Positions 1-9,477 of a stretch of DNA of 64,000 nt are shown here, piece by piece; the first letter of the stretch is position 1, and every line of letters starts with the position of its first letter. This DNA is from a virus. The DNA is taken from the IMG/VR virus record IMGVR_UViG_3300027736_000029, positions 32,001-96,000 of that record, one strand, 5' to 3'. The notes below the pieces were generated by a model. That model had not been told where the DNA came from, searched no databases, and saw only the letters and a program-made list of their open reading frames with translations. A program made the position numbers and the translations under genes.

Positions 1-401
1 TTGTCGTTTTTAACATATACTTTGGACTTTTTAACGTCACCTTGCATTATTTTACCCAACTGAACTTTTCTTCCCTGATATTCAGCTTCGGTTATTAAAT
101 CGCCGATAATAAAATTGGTTTCTTCTACCGAACCATATTCATCTTCATATAAAGTTTCATTTTTGGGTGCAATACCCTTTTTCTTCATATTGATTGCAAT
201 TGCAGCTTGTTGAGCAGGGCTTGAAGCTTCGTTTGTTTCCACATCTTCAGATTCATTCTTAACACAATTTGGATATCTTTTTCCAAACATTGTTTTCATT
301 CCTTTTTTCTTATAACCACTCCAACATTTTTCTGTTAGTTGTTGTTTTGAATCACCCTCAATTATGATTTTTAATTGTTGTTCGGTTATTATTATTTCCA
401 T
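1..401 (-). CDS. Partial (runs off window) putative virion/head-associated protein
   Basis: Not in ORF track. Open frame from ATG 401: MEIIITEQQLKIIIEG...KCWSGYKKKGMKTMFGKRYPNCVK...; TATTTATT motif 3 nt upstream. Confidence 0.75.
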   Translation of the reverse strand, partial: MEIIITEQQLKIIIEGDSKQQLTEKCWSGYKKKGMKTMFGKRYPNCVKNESEDVETNEASSPAQQAAIAINMKKKGIAPKNETLYEDEYGSVEETNFIIGDLITEAEYQGRKVQLGKIMQGDVKKSKVYVKND

Positions 402-418
402 AATAATAAATATCCTGT

Positions 419-454
419 AAAACAAAAAACCCCGAACAATTTCTTGTCGGGGTT
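419..454 (-). terminator. Intrinsic terminator ending the tRNA/ncRNA unit
   Basis: Stem aaccccga (428-435)/tcggggtt (447-454) followed by a U-rich tract on the minus strand. Confidence 0.85.
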
Positions 455-457
455 CTT

Positions 458-1296
458 GGCTTCAGGTTGAGAATACACCTTCTTACGAGAGACTTTACAG
501 GAGATTATTGTTTACTCCGATTTCCACTTCCTTTTGAGAAGTACCTCTCAGTCACGGTCAATTAGATTAACCAATCCTTAAGTCGTAATCTACTCTGTTT
601 TTACTCGTTGCTCTTCAAGGTTGCCACCCTGATTATGTCTTGCGGACTTAGAGAACTTTCACAACAATCGTATTGGGCTTGGGACCCTTTACGGCCATGA
701 ACATCTCATGACTATGTAGTGACCTGTCAATCACGACTGGCGAACGCTTTTCCTTGTATCTTTTAGTTGTTAAACATCAATTAACAAAGTTTGCGGTTGT
801 GGATGATGAAAGTAGCGGTTCGCCGACCAAGCCATGTCATCTTTTGAACGACACGATACTTAACTACTCCCTAAGATATCCCTATCTTCATACTTCAAGT
901 TTGTTTCATCTTAAATCCCTTGGTAGAGACTTTAAGAAGGAATCACCAGCACCACCTGTACGACCTCTTACCTTTCGGTTTTAAACCCACTTTAATATTG
1001 AATCACGCAATAGTATGGTCGGATAACCATGTGTCTTACAATAATTCTACGAGTTATTCTTATTGGTGTTCCCACCTCAACCAAACGACCCACATCGCTT
1101 GGTCATTAAACCAGTTTCCCTACAGTGTCACCCTCGGTACTCAAGGTCTAACGATATCTCGCTTGTCTACTCGAGCTCCCTTTCGGAAGCCGCAAACCAC
1201 TTAACCAAATGATTCACTTTATACCACTTTCATGGTTTATTTTATGGACTATAGACCGCCCAATATCTTTAATTCAAAGAACGTTTTCTTAATTGT
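458..1296 (-). ncRNA. Large (~800 nt) structured ncRNA, GOLLD-like candidate
   Basis: No credible ORF; visibly more G+C-rich than flanks; own promoter and terminator; GNRA-capped hairpins (1175-1190, 970-979, 873-888); long-range inverted repeats (789-796/1190-1197, 739-745/818-824); directly downstream of a tRNA. Confidence 0.75.
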
Positions 1297-1300
1297 TTCA

Positions 1301-1332
1301 CAAAGGTAAGATAAAGTTTTCAATTTACCAAA
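1301..1332 (-). promoter_or_regulatory. Bacteroidota sigmaA promoter for the ncRNA, with boxA-like GTTCTTTGA downstream (1274-1282)
   Basis: TTTG-N20-TACCTTTG, an exact match to the -33/-7 consensus. Confidence 0.85.
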
Positions 1333-1355
1333 CTTTTTGTGAAGTTTTTTTTTTG

Positions 1356-1428
1356 TTGCGAGAGAGGGAATCGAACCCCCGACCTCAAGGTTATGAGCCT
1401 TGCGAGCTACCGCTGCTACCATCTCGCG
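1356..1428 (-). tRNA. tRNA-Met(CAT), initiator (fMet) type; CCA not encoded
   Basis: CGCGAGA...CAAGG-CTCATAA-CCTTG...GGGGG-TTCGATT-CCCTC-TCTCGCAA; C1:A72 mismatch is an initiator hallmark. Confidence 0.95.
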
Positions 1429-1467
1429 ATATATCTTAAGTAAAAGAACTTTCAAAGTAATGTCCCA

Positions 1468-1576
1468 CAAAGATAAAACTATTTTTTGAAATAATCAAAT
1501 GTCTGTGGGACATTTTTTTTGAGACTCTCATCTCAATTGTTTCACAAAGTTAAAACAAAATTCTCATTTTGTCAAA
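1468..1576 (-). promoter_or_regulatory. Two tandem Bacteroidota sigmaA promoters upstream of the tRNA
   Basis: TTTG-N20-TATCTTTG (1468-1499) and TTTG-N20-TAACTTTG (1545-1576); boxA-like AGTTCTTTTA at 1441-1450. Confidence 0.8.
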
Positions 1577-1738
1577 TATATATTATGAAACTTTTTTTGG
1601 GGATGTCCGTCATTTCTGACTGAAACAATAAATATACCCAACAATTTCAAAAGTACTATATTTTTATGGATAAGTCAAATTTTTTCTATAAAAAAGTTTA
1701 AATTGACATATCTTCCACTATTATTTGTATTTATATGT

Positions 1739-2086
1739 ATGAAAGTTAGAATCAACGACAATATTTTTAATGTAAAAACTTTAATAGATAAGAAATCTCA
1801 ATCTATTGGGATGATGGGTAAAACATTTGGAGCTACGTTCGAAGGTCTATTATTTTTAATGGGTGGAGACAAACAATCTTTTTGGATGAAGAATTGTATT
1901 ATACCATTAGATATTCTCATCATTAGAAATAATGTCATTGTAAACATACATTATAATTGTCCTCCTTGTAACGGTAATGAATGTCCAAGTTATGGTGGAA
2001 ATGGAAATATTGTATTGGAAGTTGAAGGTGGAAGTTGTGAATACTTGGAGATTGAACCAGGTGATACAGTTGAATACTTACTTTGA
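1739..2086 (+). CDS. DUF192 family protein
   Basis: GLLF..SFWMKNCIIPLDILII..VLEV.GG motifs; start reassigned to the ATG 3 nt after TATTTATA. Confidence 0.85.
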   Translation: MKVRINDNIFNVKTLIDKKSQSIGMMGKTFGATFEGLLFLMGGDKQSFWMKNCIIPLDILIIRNNVIVNIHYNCPPCNGNECPSYGGNGNIVLEVEGGSCEYLEIEPGDTVEYLL

Positions 2087-3475
2087 TTCTGCGATTTTTT
2101 CTTTAAGTTTTCTTTCAAACTCATTTGCAATCATCTTTGTAAACTTAACTGAAGGTGAATCATCACTTTCAGAGTCATATCTATTTTGAGATTGAGGTGG
2201 TCTTTTACTTCTACCCAAATAATTTAAACCAGAAATGTTTGTAATACATTTGTGTCCACCTGAATTTGATTGAATTAAATCCCATGCATTGATTCCAATT
2301 TTATCTAACATATTTCTATGTTCTTCAGTTAAATCTTTGAATGGTGTTTCCATCATATCTTGAATATGGTCCAAAACTTTTTCACCACCTTCTATAGTGG
2401 TAAACTTATCACCATATAATGCTTCAAAGTCTTTAAATGTGAATCCAATACTTTCAGGACCCACAGAAGTTTCACTAACCCACTTAATAGTTGATAGAGG
2501 AATTGTTCTTTGTTTTAGTTGGTCTTCCCATTTACTTATAACTTCTTGAGCGATTTCACCTAAGTTAACACCTTTTAATTCTCTTTCTTTTTTGAATGGA
2601 TTACAAGATGCTTGAACCAATCCCATTGGCCATGCCATAATTAAAAAGTCCGCTTCAGGATTGTTTCTAAATGGTGTGTATCTATCATAAGAACCAGGTT
2701 TAAACATATTACCACCACCATATTGAAAAATGATACTATCACTAACTCTTGGATAGTTCTTCATATTTTGTTTATAATCTTCAGCGTTTTTCTGTAGTTC
2801 TTCAGGTTTAGCTGCGTTTGTTTTTTTCATCCAATCTTTAATACTATTTAAAATAGACATTAAAGATGGTTCTGAATCCATAACTAACGATTCTAAAAAC
2901 CCTGGTTTATTTTTAAACGCCAACAATAACTTATTAATAACCAAACCTAACAACATTTTATTCTTTTGAAGTGGTTTGTCTTTATCTAATCGATAAATGT
3001 AATTAACCACCTCATCAGGTGTAATGTCATATTTAGCATAATCTGCAGAATCAACAGTATTGATTAATAAGATGTCTGATGATGGAAACAAATCTCTTGG
3101 TGATACTACTTGTGATATTGTTTCTACGTTTGAACGAGCACCTCTGAATTGTTTTGAAGTACCTTTTTCAACTCCCACTTGTTTGTCGTGGTGGTCCGTA
3201 TGAATTACGAACATTGGCTTACCGTGAGCAAAATCTACAAGAACTGGCATCACATCTCCCTGTGCGTCGTTCTTTTTAACTGAGAATTCTTTGTCACCGT
3301 ATTGGATTATGTGAGTACCTACAACTTCAATACCATTATTTTCAAGGTATCTTTTCATTGCAATTGCAGTTGTTACTCCATCCAAATCTTGGTGAAAGTA
3401 TATTTCAGCTTTAGGATATCTTTTTCTTAAAGCTGAAATATCTCTTATTCCAGTTTCTTTAATTAACATTTTCAT
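2078..3475 (-). CDS. DHH-family phosphoesterase
   Basis: HQDLDG, VLVDF, TDHH and C-terminal GGH (DHHA1-like) motifs. Confidence 0.75.
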   Translation of the reverse strand: MKMLIKETGIRDISALRKRYPKAEIYFHQDLDGVTTAIAMKRYLENNGIEVVGTHIIQYGDKEFSVKKNDAQGDVMPVLVDFAHGKPMFVIHTDHHDKQVGVEKGTSKQFRGARSNVETISQVVSPRDLFPSSDILLINTVDSADYAKYDITPDEVVNYIYRLDKDKPLQKNKMLLGLVINKLLLAFKNKPGFLESLVMDSEPSLMSILNSIKDWMKKTNAAKPEELQKNAEDYKQNMKNYPRVSDSIIFQYGGGNMFKPGSYDRYTPFRNNPEADFLIMAWPMGLVQASCNPFKKERELKGVNLGEIAQEVISKWEDQLKQRTIPLSTIKWVSETSVGPESIGFTFKDFEALYGDKFTTIEGGEKVLDHIQDMMETPFKDLTEEHRNMLDKIGINAWDLIQSNSGGHKCITNISGLNYLGRSKRPPQSQNRYDSESDDSPSVKFTKMIANEFERKLKEKIAESK

Positions 3476-3843
3476 TAATCTAATCCAAAGAAGTGAGCGC
3501 CTTTATCAAGGATATCACCATAATCGGAAACACATTGCTTGAACATCTCTTTATCTTTATTTAACATCTTACTCATAGTATCAGGACCCCAAACTCCGTC
3601 AGCAGGATATACTCCAATTTTAGCCTGATAATTACTTATCGCTTGCGCTGATTTAGATTTTGGATAATTACCAATACTTCCGTCAATTACCAATGCCTTT
3701 CCTTCATCATCTTTGATACCTTTTTTATTTAAAAAACATTGGATTGCTCTATTGTAATTATATCCCTCTGTTTGTTCTTTAATAACACGTTTAACTATTC
3801 TTGTTAAATCCGATTCTGTTAATTTTATAATTTTTTGTCCCAT
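3475..3843 (-). CDS. Peptidoglycan-binding-domain protein
   Basis: IDG.IG...AI..YQ..IG...DGVWGPDT pattern; N-terminal LTESDL..IVKRVIKEQ helix. Confidence 0.7.
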   Translation of the reverse strand: MGQKIIKLTESDLTRIVKRVIKEQTEGYNYNRAIQCFLNKKGIKDDEGKALVIDGSIGNYPKSKSAQAISNYQAKIGVYPADGVWGPDTMSKMLNKDKEMFKQCVSDYGDILDKGAHFFGLD

Positions 3844-3873
3844 ATTAGTTTTTTAAATAAATATCCATAAAAC

Positions 3874-3899
3874 AAAAAAAAGGGTTGTTAAACCCTTTT
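3874..3899 (-). terminator. Intrinsic terminator
   Basis: aaaagggtt/aaccctttt stem with U tract, immediately after the MTase gene. Confidence 0.7.
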
Positions 3900-4749
3900 A
3901 TTTAAATTCCATTTCCATTTGTTTATTTCGGTCAATAAAGTGTTGAACTCTATCTTGAGCAACTTTACTGTAGTTTTCACTCAATTCTATTCCAATCCAT
4001 CGTCTTCCACTAATCTCAGCGGCACATAAACTAGTCCCACTACCAGCAAAAGGGTCAAGAATTACATCGTTCTTATAAGTTAGAATCTTAATCGCTTTCA
4101 TTGGAATATCCATTGAGAAGGTCGCCTTAGTTTGTTGTCTTGTATCCGCAAAGTATTCCCACTGACCATAAACCAAAGACATAAATTCTTTCTTATCATT
4201 ATCCTGATATATCGCTTTGGTTTTTACGGTACCATCTTCCTGTTCCATGTCAACCATGTCAGCTTTCCATTGTGGTTCACCTTTAATTTTTTTAATCCTG
4301 TCTTTCTTATAAGCCAAGATAACACACTCCTTTGGATTGTAGATGTAAGGACTTGAAGGACTCATCCATGAACCCCAAGCTGTGGTCTTACTTCTGTGTG
4401 GTGAATTCTCATCAAGGTCAACAAGACCATAAAACTTAAACCCAACCTGTTTCATGATAGCCCAAAACTCTGACATAAACAATACTCGTCCACCTCTATC
4501 CTGTACGTTCACTTCGTATGGGATGTTTACAGCAATTCTACCATCATCTTTCAATGTGTTGTAGGCTTCGGTCAACCATTTTCGTGAAAACTCCCAGTAA
4601 TCCTCCATACTCATTCTGTCGTCATGACTATCGTATTCGATTCCAACATTGTATGGTGGTGATGTCACAACTAAATCAACAGATTCTAACGGTAATGTTT
4701 TCATTACCTCGATACAATCACCTTGTAATATTTTTCCTGTTTCTATCAT
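3898..4749 (-). CDS. Orphan DNA N4-C/N6-A methyltransferase, beta class
   Basis: TSPPY near the N-terminus; LDPFAGSGT near the C-terminus. Confidence 0.92.
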   Translation of the reverse strand: MIETGKILQGDCIEVMKTLPLESVDLVVTSPPYNVGIEYDSHDDRMSMEDYWEFSRKWLTEAYNTLKDDGRIAVNIPYEVNVQDRGGRVLFMSEFWAIMKQVGFKFYGLVDLDENSPHRSKTTAWGSWMSPSSPYIYNPKECVILAYKKDRIKKIKGEPQWKADMVDMEQEDGTVKTKAIYQDNDKKEFMSLVYGQWEYFADTRQQTKATFSMDIPMKAIKILTYKNDVILDPFAGSGTSLCAAEISGRRWIGIELSENYSKVAQDRVQHFIDRNKQMEMEFK

Positions 4750-4970
4750 ATCTTACTATTCTTTAAATTATCTATTCGTCTTTGTAGATACCATAGAGCC
4801 TTATTCAGGTCTTGTAATTCTTTATCTTTTTCTTTTTTTCCCGCCCTTGAAATATATTTAACAGTATTTCCAAGATGGAAATCTAATTCCCACGCCTCGA
4901 TAACTTTGATTGCTTCGTATGGATTGTCTTCCCCTCCGTAATGTTGGGGGTGATTTACTTGTTCACTCAT
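4746..4970 (-). CDS. DUF3310 family protein
   Basis: VNHPQHY..EAI.VI..GN.VKY..RAGKK..DL.KA.WY. Confidence 0.88.
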   Translation of the reverse strand: MSEQVNHPQHYGGEDNPYEAIKVIEAWELDFHLGNTVKYISRAGKKEKDKELQDLNKALWYLQRRIDNLKNSKI

Positions 4971-5124
4971 CTTCTTTTTCTTTATAGAAACCAATTTTAA
5001 TTTGTTGATGCATTTCTTCTTTTAATGCCTTGTTTTCTCTTTGAAGAGGTCTTACCATCATAAAATACATTATGATTAAATTTACAACTACTGTAATCGC
5101 TAAAATAAAATACATCCAAAACAT
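4963..5124 (-). CDS. Small single-TM hypothetical protein (53 aa)
   Basis: MFWMYFILAITVVVNLII...; fills the gap and its stop overlaps the next start. Confidence 0.65.
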   Translation of the reverse strand: MFWMYFILAITVVVNLIIMYFMMVRPLQRENKALKEEMHQQIKIGFYKEKEDE

Positions 5125-5150
5125 ATTATTTTTTTTTATTATTTGTTTAT

Positions 5151-5525
5151 TTACAAGGGTTTAATCACATAATAATCTTTTGCATAGGTAGATTCTTCGA
5201 TTAAATTTTCTTCAATAAGTTTGTTTAGTTCAACTCTTGCCTCATCCTCAGGAATTCTTAGGATATACTTTGCAATATAATCGATGTGAATGGGTTGTCT
5301 TAATTTAGACAATAATTTTTTAGTTGATTCAGTATCCATCTGTTTAGTTATTATTTTTAAAATTTCTTCATCTGTATTACCTTCATTGTGTAAGTCATAA
5401 ACCTTAAGACTTTCTTTATCTTCAAAAAAAAGAGCATCACTCTTACCGTAATACTCTTTCAATTTATTTTCATGAAGTAACTTTAAACTTCTTTCAATAT
5501 TGATATGTCGTTTATTGAATCCCAC
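5151..5525 (-). CDS. Hypothetical protein, possible C-terminal winged helix
   Basis: GTG start 4 nt after TATATTTG. Confidence 0.7.
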   Translation of the reverse strand: MGFNKRHINIERSLKLLHENKLKEYYGKSDALFFEDKESLKVYDLHNEGNTDEEILKIITKQMDTESTKKLLSKLRQPIHIDYIAKYILRIPEDEARVELNKLIEENLIEESTYAKDYYVIKPL

Positions 5526-5543
5526 GACACAAATATAAGTATA

Positions 5544-6323
5544 TTATATTTCAGAGTCAAAGTTTTTTACCTTAACCATGTTAACTATTTGAAAAATATA
5601 TGCGGTTATTTTTCGTTTCATGATTGGTACGATGGCTTGTTCCATTGGAAAATTCTGACTACATGACATTTCAAATACTGGTAAGTCTTTATAGTATTCA
5701 GTTTTGTTAAACTTGGAATGGTTTTCGATGATTGAAAGTAATGTTGTTTTGTCAGGAGTGTTCTCATATATCTTAGTTATATAAGTTTGACTTATGTTTA
5801 TATCTCCTCGTTTCTTTTTGATTTCATATTCCCAAACATAAACTTTATTATCCAACTTTCTATAATAAAAAACATATCCTGAACCCGCAACCAAGTGTTC
5901 TTTATTCTTTTTGATTGAGATTTCAACTTCATCAAACACAATGTTCCAAATAGATTTTGCAATATTGAATGTGTCAAATAATTTGTTGTTTGAATATTTG
6001 ATTGTCCTACCCAACTCGTCCTCCTCTTCTTTAGACATTTCTCTTGGCTTCTTTGGATACAAATCTTTTAACATGATTTCATCATCATAAGAATGAAATT
6101 TTTTGTCTGTAAGTAGGAGAGTATTTTCTTTGGATAATGATTGCATGTTTGCCAAGTGTAACGACAACTCAACAAAGTCAGGATAAATTTCAAACTTATC
6201 TAACCTCTGCTCGCATTTCTGTATGTAATCCAATAAAGTATATTTATTGTATTCAAAATCCAACGGCTCTTTTAACATCCACTCAGGATTTAGCTTAAAT
6301 GCTATTTTCTTTCTTCTCCCCAT
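5544..6323 (-). CDS. Hypothetical protein
   Basis: 259-aa ORF with a DFEY.KY.LL.Y.Q motif. Confidence 0.8.
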   Translation of the reverse strand: MGRRKKIAFKLNPEWMLKEPLDFEYNKYTLLDYIQKCEQRLDKFEIYPDFVELSLHLANMQSLSKENTLLLTDKKFHSYDDEIMLKDLYPKKPREMSKEEEDELGRTIKYSNNKLFDTFNIAKSIWNIVFDEVEISIKKNKEHLVAGSGYVFYYRKLDNKVYVWEYEIKKKRGDINISQTYITKIYENTPDKTTLLSIIENHSKFNKTEYYKDLPVFEMSCSQNFPMEQAIVPIMKRKITAYIFQIVNMVKVKNFDSEI

Positions 6324-6349
6324 ACAACAATTATAACCAAATAAAAATC

Positions 6350-8104
6350 TTAATCAATTCTCATTACATAAAAGGTCACACCTTCAACATCGATTTCATC
6401 CGCACTTCCATCATAACCATTTAGTGTGGTACCATATCCATCTTCTTCAACAATCCCTTTAATGAACGCATCTTTGTCTATATACTCATTCATTTCTAAT
6501 CCATACTCATTCATAAAACCTTCTACATCATTTTTTGCTTCTTGAACTCTACTTTCAATTATCTCTTCAAGTAAATCCTCAGGGAAATCACCTTCAGGGT
6601 CTTCTTTGATATCCTCAATCTCTGTGTCCATCTCGGTAATCTCATCATTCAACTCGTCAATCCTTTCTTCAATATCCTCATCATCCTCACCATCCATACT
6701 ACCCTCCAATTTGGTTATTAACTCTCTATATTTTTCTATCTTATCATTTAAAATTGCAATCTTTTCTTCTTGTTTTGTAGATAAATTTCTTTGGTCATTT
6801 TCCAAATAAGAATCAGGACTATCATAAACGTCTTGGTTGAATAAATCTTCGGCATATGAAATAACCGCATCCTCATCAATATGTTGTTGCACAAAATTAG
6901 AGTTAAATCCTTCATACCCTATATCATCAATTAATTGTTCAACATATTCATAAGCACTTGTTTCCATCTCATTCTCATCACCAACCACATATCTACGGTC
7001 TTCAACTTCAGGAGCTCCAATCACTTCAAACTCCGACGCATCATAATAAGTTCCTGTTGGGATAATATTATACACATCTATCTTGTTATCTAATTCGGTT
7101 AACTCATCTTCCAACTCACTTATTTCATCCAACAAATCACCTCTTACTTCTTCGTCATTATCATATTCCGCTTGAAGTCTGGTAATTTCATTTTCAATTC
7201 TTGCAATCTCACCTCGGTCTTGATTGGTCATTACTTCAATATCACCTTCTATCTCAAGAACTCGTAATAACGCATGTGCCTTCAATCCAATTTCAGGTGC
7301 GTTGGGTAACGCCCATTCATTCTCTTCACGTCTTTCTTGAGCGGCATTTTCTCTTTCTCTTAAAATTTGAGCTATTCTTAATTTTTCTAATCGGTCTCTT
7401 TCTTTTCGAGCCAACTCTTTATCACTATAAATCTTAACCTGTTCAGGATAAGTTGATTTAATATAATCATCAACTGAACTTAAAATCTCGTTTAACTTAT
7501 TTGTTCCAAAAATCCAACCACCATTAACCGTTGCATCCAAAGCATCATAATAAGTTTTATCCCCATCGAATTTTTGAAGTAATGCAACTTTATAGAACTT
7601 ATTATTACTTGGAGCATTTCGGTCCAAAATATAAAATAACTTACCGTCTTGATTGTATCTATTGAACTGGTAATCCGAATCAGCACTAGTACACCATTTA
7701 GTACCTTTACCATAATAACATGATGAATCATGGGTTAAAGGATTCACAACAAAAAATCTATCATCATCATAAACAACATTCCCACCTTCAACTTGTTTGA
7801 CTACTCGTCTTTGTCTTTCATCATATTGACTAATCGCCGAGAATAATTGTCCAACACTTTTATATTGGAAGATATCTGTTATAGGTAAGTTTGTTGATAC
7901 CCTTTCAAACTTATCTAAGGCTTGCTTGAGTTTTGAAAGGTTGTCTTCAAAATTAACCATGTCAAGATTTTTACCAACCCAATCCAAATATTTTTGTGGC
8001 ACCGCCCCAAGAATTTTATTTACATTCTCTGTACCAAACTTTTGTGAGTACTTGGCTTTGAAGTCGTCAACTCGTCCTTCTTGTATTAATTTTAAAAAAT
8101 CCAT
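6350..8104 (-). CDS. 'TxWC'-motif protein with acidic coiled-coil C-terminus
   Basis: SCYYGKGTKWCTS...FNRY..DGKLFYI core shared with 13191-14510; start reassigned to MDFLKLIQEG. Confidence 0.8.
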   Translation of the reverse strand: MDFLKLIQEGRVDDFKAKYSQKFGTENVNKILGAVPQKYLDWVGKNLDMVNFEDNLSKLKQALDKFERVSTNLPITDIFQYKSVGQLFSAISQYDERQRRVVKQVEGGNVVYDDDRFFVVNPLTHDSSCYYGKGTKWCTSADSDYQFNRYNQDGKLFYILDRNAPSNNKFYKVALLQKFDGDKTYYDALDATVNGGWIFGTNKLNEILSSVDDYIKSTYPEQVKIYSDKELARKERDRLEKLRIAQILRERENAAQERREENEWALPNAPEIGLKAHALLRVLEIEGDIEVMTNQDRGEIARIENEITRLQAEYDNDEEVRGDLLDEISELEDELTELDNKIDVYNIIPTGTYYDASEFEVIGAPEVEDRRYVVGDENEMETSAYEYVEQLIDDIGYEGFNSNFVQQHIDEDAVISYAEDLFNQDVYDSPDSYLENDQRNLSTKQEEKIAILNDKIEKYRELITKLEGSMDGEDDEDIEERIDELNDEITEMDTEIEDIKEDPEGDFPEDLLEEIIESRVQEAKNDVEGFMNEYGLEMNEYIDKDAFIKGIVEEDGYGTTLNGYDGSADEIDVEGVTFYVMRID

Positions 8105-8200
8105 TGTATCTTTAATTGATAAATATTCTTTTACTCTTATATTTCCACAAAGATAGTATTTATTATCAGGAAACAAATAAACTAACTAAAATACAATACC

Positions 8201-8362
8201 ATGGGATGCGGATGCAAAAATAACGGAAACCAATCACAACAGCCTTCACCTCAACAGGTTCAACAGGCTGCAGCTCAAAGACAACAAACTAACGAAAGTG
8301 TCAAATCAGCCATTAAAAAAACGGTTGAGAAGTACTACAACGTAAACAAAACGAGTAAGTAA
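8201..8362 (+). CDS. Small Gln-rich protein MGCGCK... (53 aa)
   Basis: Not in ORF track; TATTTATT upstream and terminator downstream. Confidence 0.75.
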   Translation: MGCGCKNNGNQSQQPSPQQVQQAAAQRQQTNESVKSAIKKTVEKYYNVNKTSK

Positions 8363-8386
8363 TCTAACACATTTAAGAAATTAATG

Positions 8387-8414
8387 AGGGGACAATGAAA
8401 ATTGTCCCTTTTTT
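8387..8414 (+). terminator. Intrinsic terminator
   Basis: ggggacaat-GAAA-attgtccct followed by a T tract. Confidence 0.8.
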
Positions 8415-8428
8415 CGTATTTATATTAT

Positions 8429-9415
8429 ATGGACATTAATGAATTAATAGAAAAGTTTAATGATGGAGATACTGATTTTATTCAGTACTTTAACGACATT
8501 GATACATTTCTTAAGTTTGTTAATAAAAGAGGTCTAATTAATGAGTTAGACCCTGAAGGAAAACTTTCCGAACATTATCAAAACGAATTACTATTATTTT
8601 ATTACGAAAACGATAAACAAAAGTTTTGGGAATATGTGTTGAAGTATTTGAATGATGTTGAATTAGTTGATGGAGTTCCATATCTTATTCTCGATAGTAT
8701 AGGAGAACTATCCGCATTATTCTGTGATGGAAACAGATATGATATATCTCAAGATACTGTTGAAGGCATATTATCAGGTGAATATGATAGAGATTTTTAT
8801 TACGATTCAACTGATGATGTTTACAGAGATGTCATTCAAGAACTTACCAAAGAAAATTTAAAGAGATTAAAAGAGTATATCATTCAAACTTTAGATGGTC
8901 AACAATTATCCACAGATACGGAAGTACTTGAGTCTATCGCTCAAAGAGAAAATACTGAATATGTTACTGTAAATGAATCTAACATTGACGAAATAGTTGA
9001 CGATGAGGAAACTATGAATGAATTAATGAAAGACGAATTAGGAGACCTTAAAAGTGAATTATATATTATTTATAATTCTTCATATAACTCAGCATATGAA
9101 GAAGAATTATTCGAAGATATTATGGGAGAACTTTCAAAATATTTTGGTGATGGTGAATGGGTAACAAGACCTCACACTTGGAAAAATGATACTGAAGTAC
9201 AAAGATATAAGGCACCAATACACAACTTTGAAAGTAACATTGTTGATTATTTAAGAGAAAACAAAAGTTATAGTTACGGGACACTTGAATATTGGGGCGA
9301 TTACTTGGGTGTTATAAAAGACCAAAACGATTGTTTATCTGTAATACCTCCTGATTATCCTGACTCAAGAAAAGTAGATAAAAATATCAACTTGTACTTT
9401 AACGATTACATTTAA
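8429..9415 (+). CDS. Highly acidic hypothetical protein
   Basis: D/E/Y-rich ORF; ATG 4 nt after TATTTATA. Confidence 0.8.
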   Translation: MDINELIEKFNDGDTDFIQYFNDIDTFLKFVNKRGLINELDPEGKLSEHYQNELLLFYYENDKQKFWEYVLKYLNDVELVDGVPYLILDSIGELSALFCDGNRYDISQDTVEGILSGEYDRDFYYDSTDDVYRDVIQELTKENLKRLKEYIIQTLDGQQLSTDTEVLESIAQRENTEYVTVNESNIDEIVDDEETMNELMKDELGDLKSELYIIYNSSYNSAYEEELFEDIMGELSKYFGDGEWVTRPHTWKNDTEVQRYKAPIHNFESNIVDYLRENKSYSYGTLEYWGDYLGVIKDQNDCLSVIPPDYPDSRKVDKNINLYFNDYI

Positions 9416-9477
9416 TATTCTTTTTACGAATTAAATTGTTTATACTTAAACAATAATAAATTCCAAAAGAAATACCA

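Noticed and set aside
458-1296. Group I/II intron, tmRNA or RNase P identity for the large RNA
   Set aside because: It does not interrupt a gene, lacks tRNA-like ends, and I could not find RNase P or intron core motifs by eye; not formally excluded without covariance searches.
754-1470. ORFs 754-984, 920-1204 and 1249-1470
   Set aside because: They overlap the structured ncRNA and tRNA, have non-ATG starts and atypical composition.
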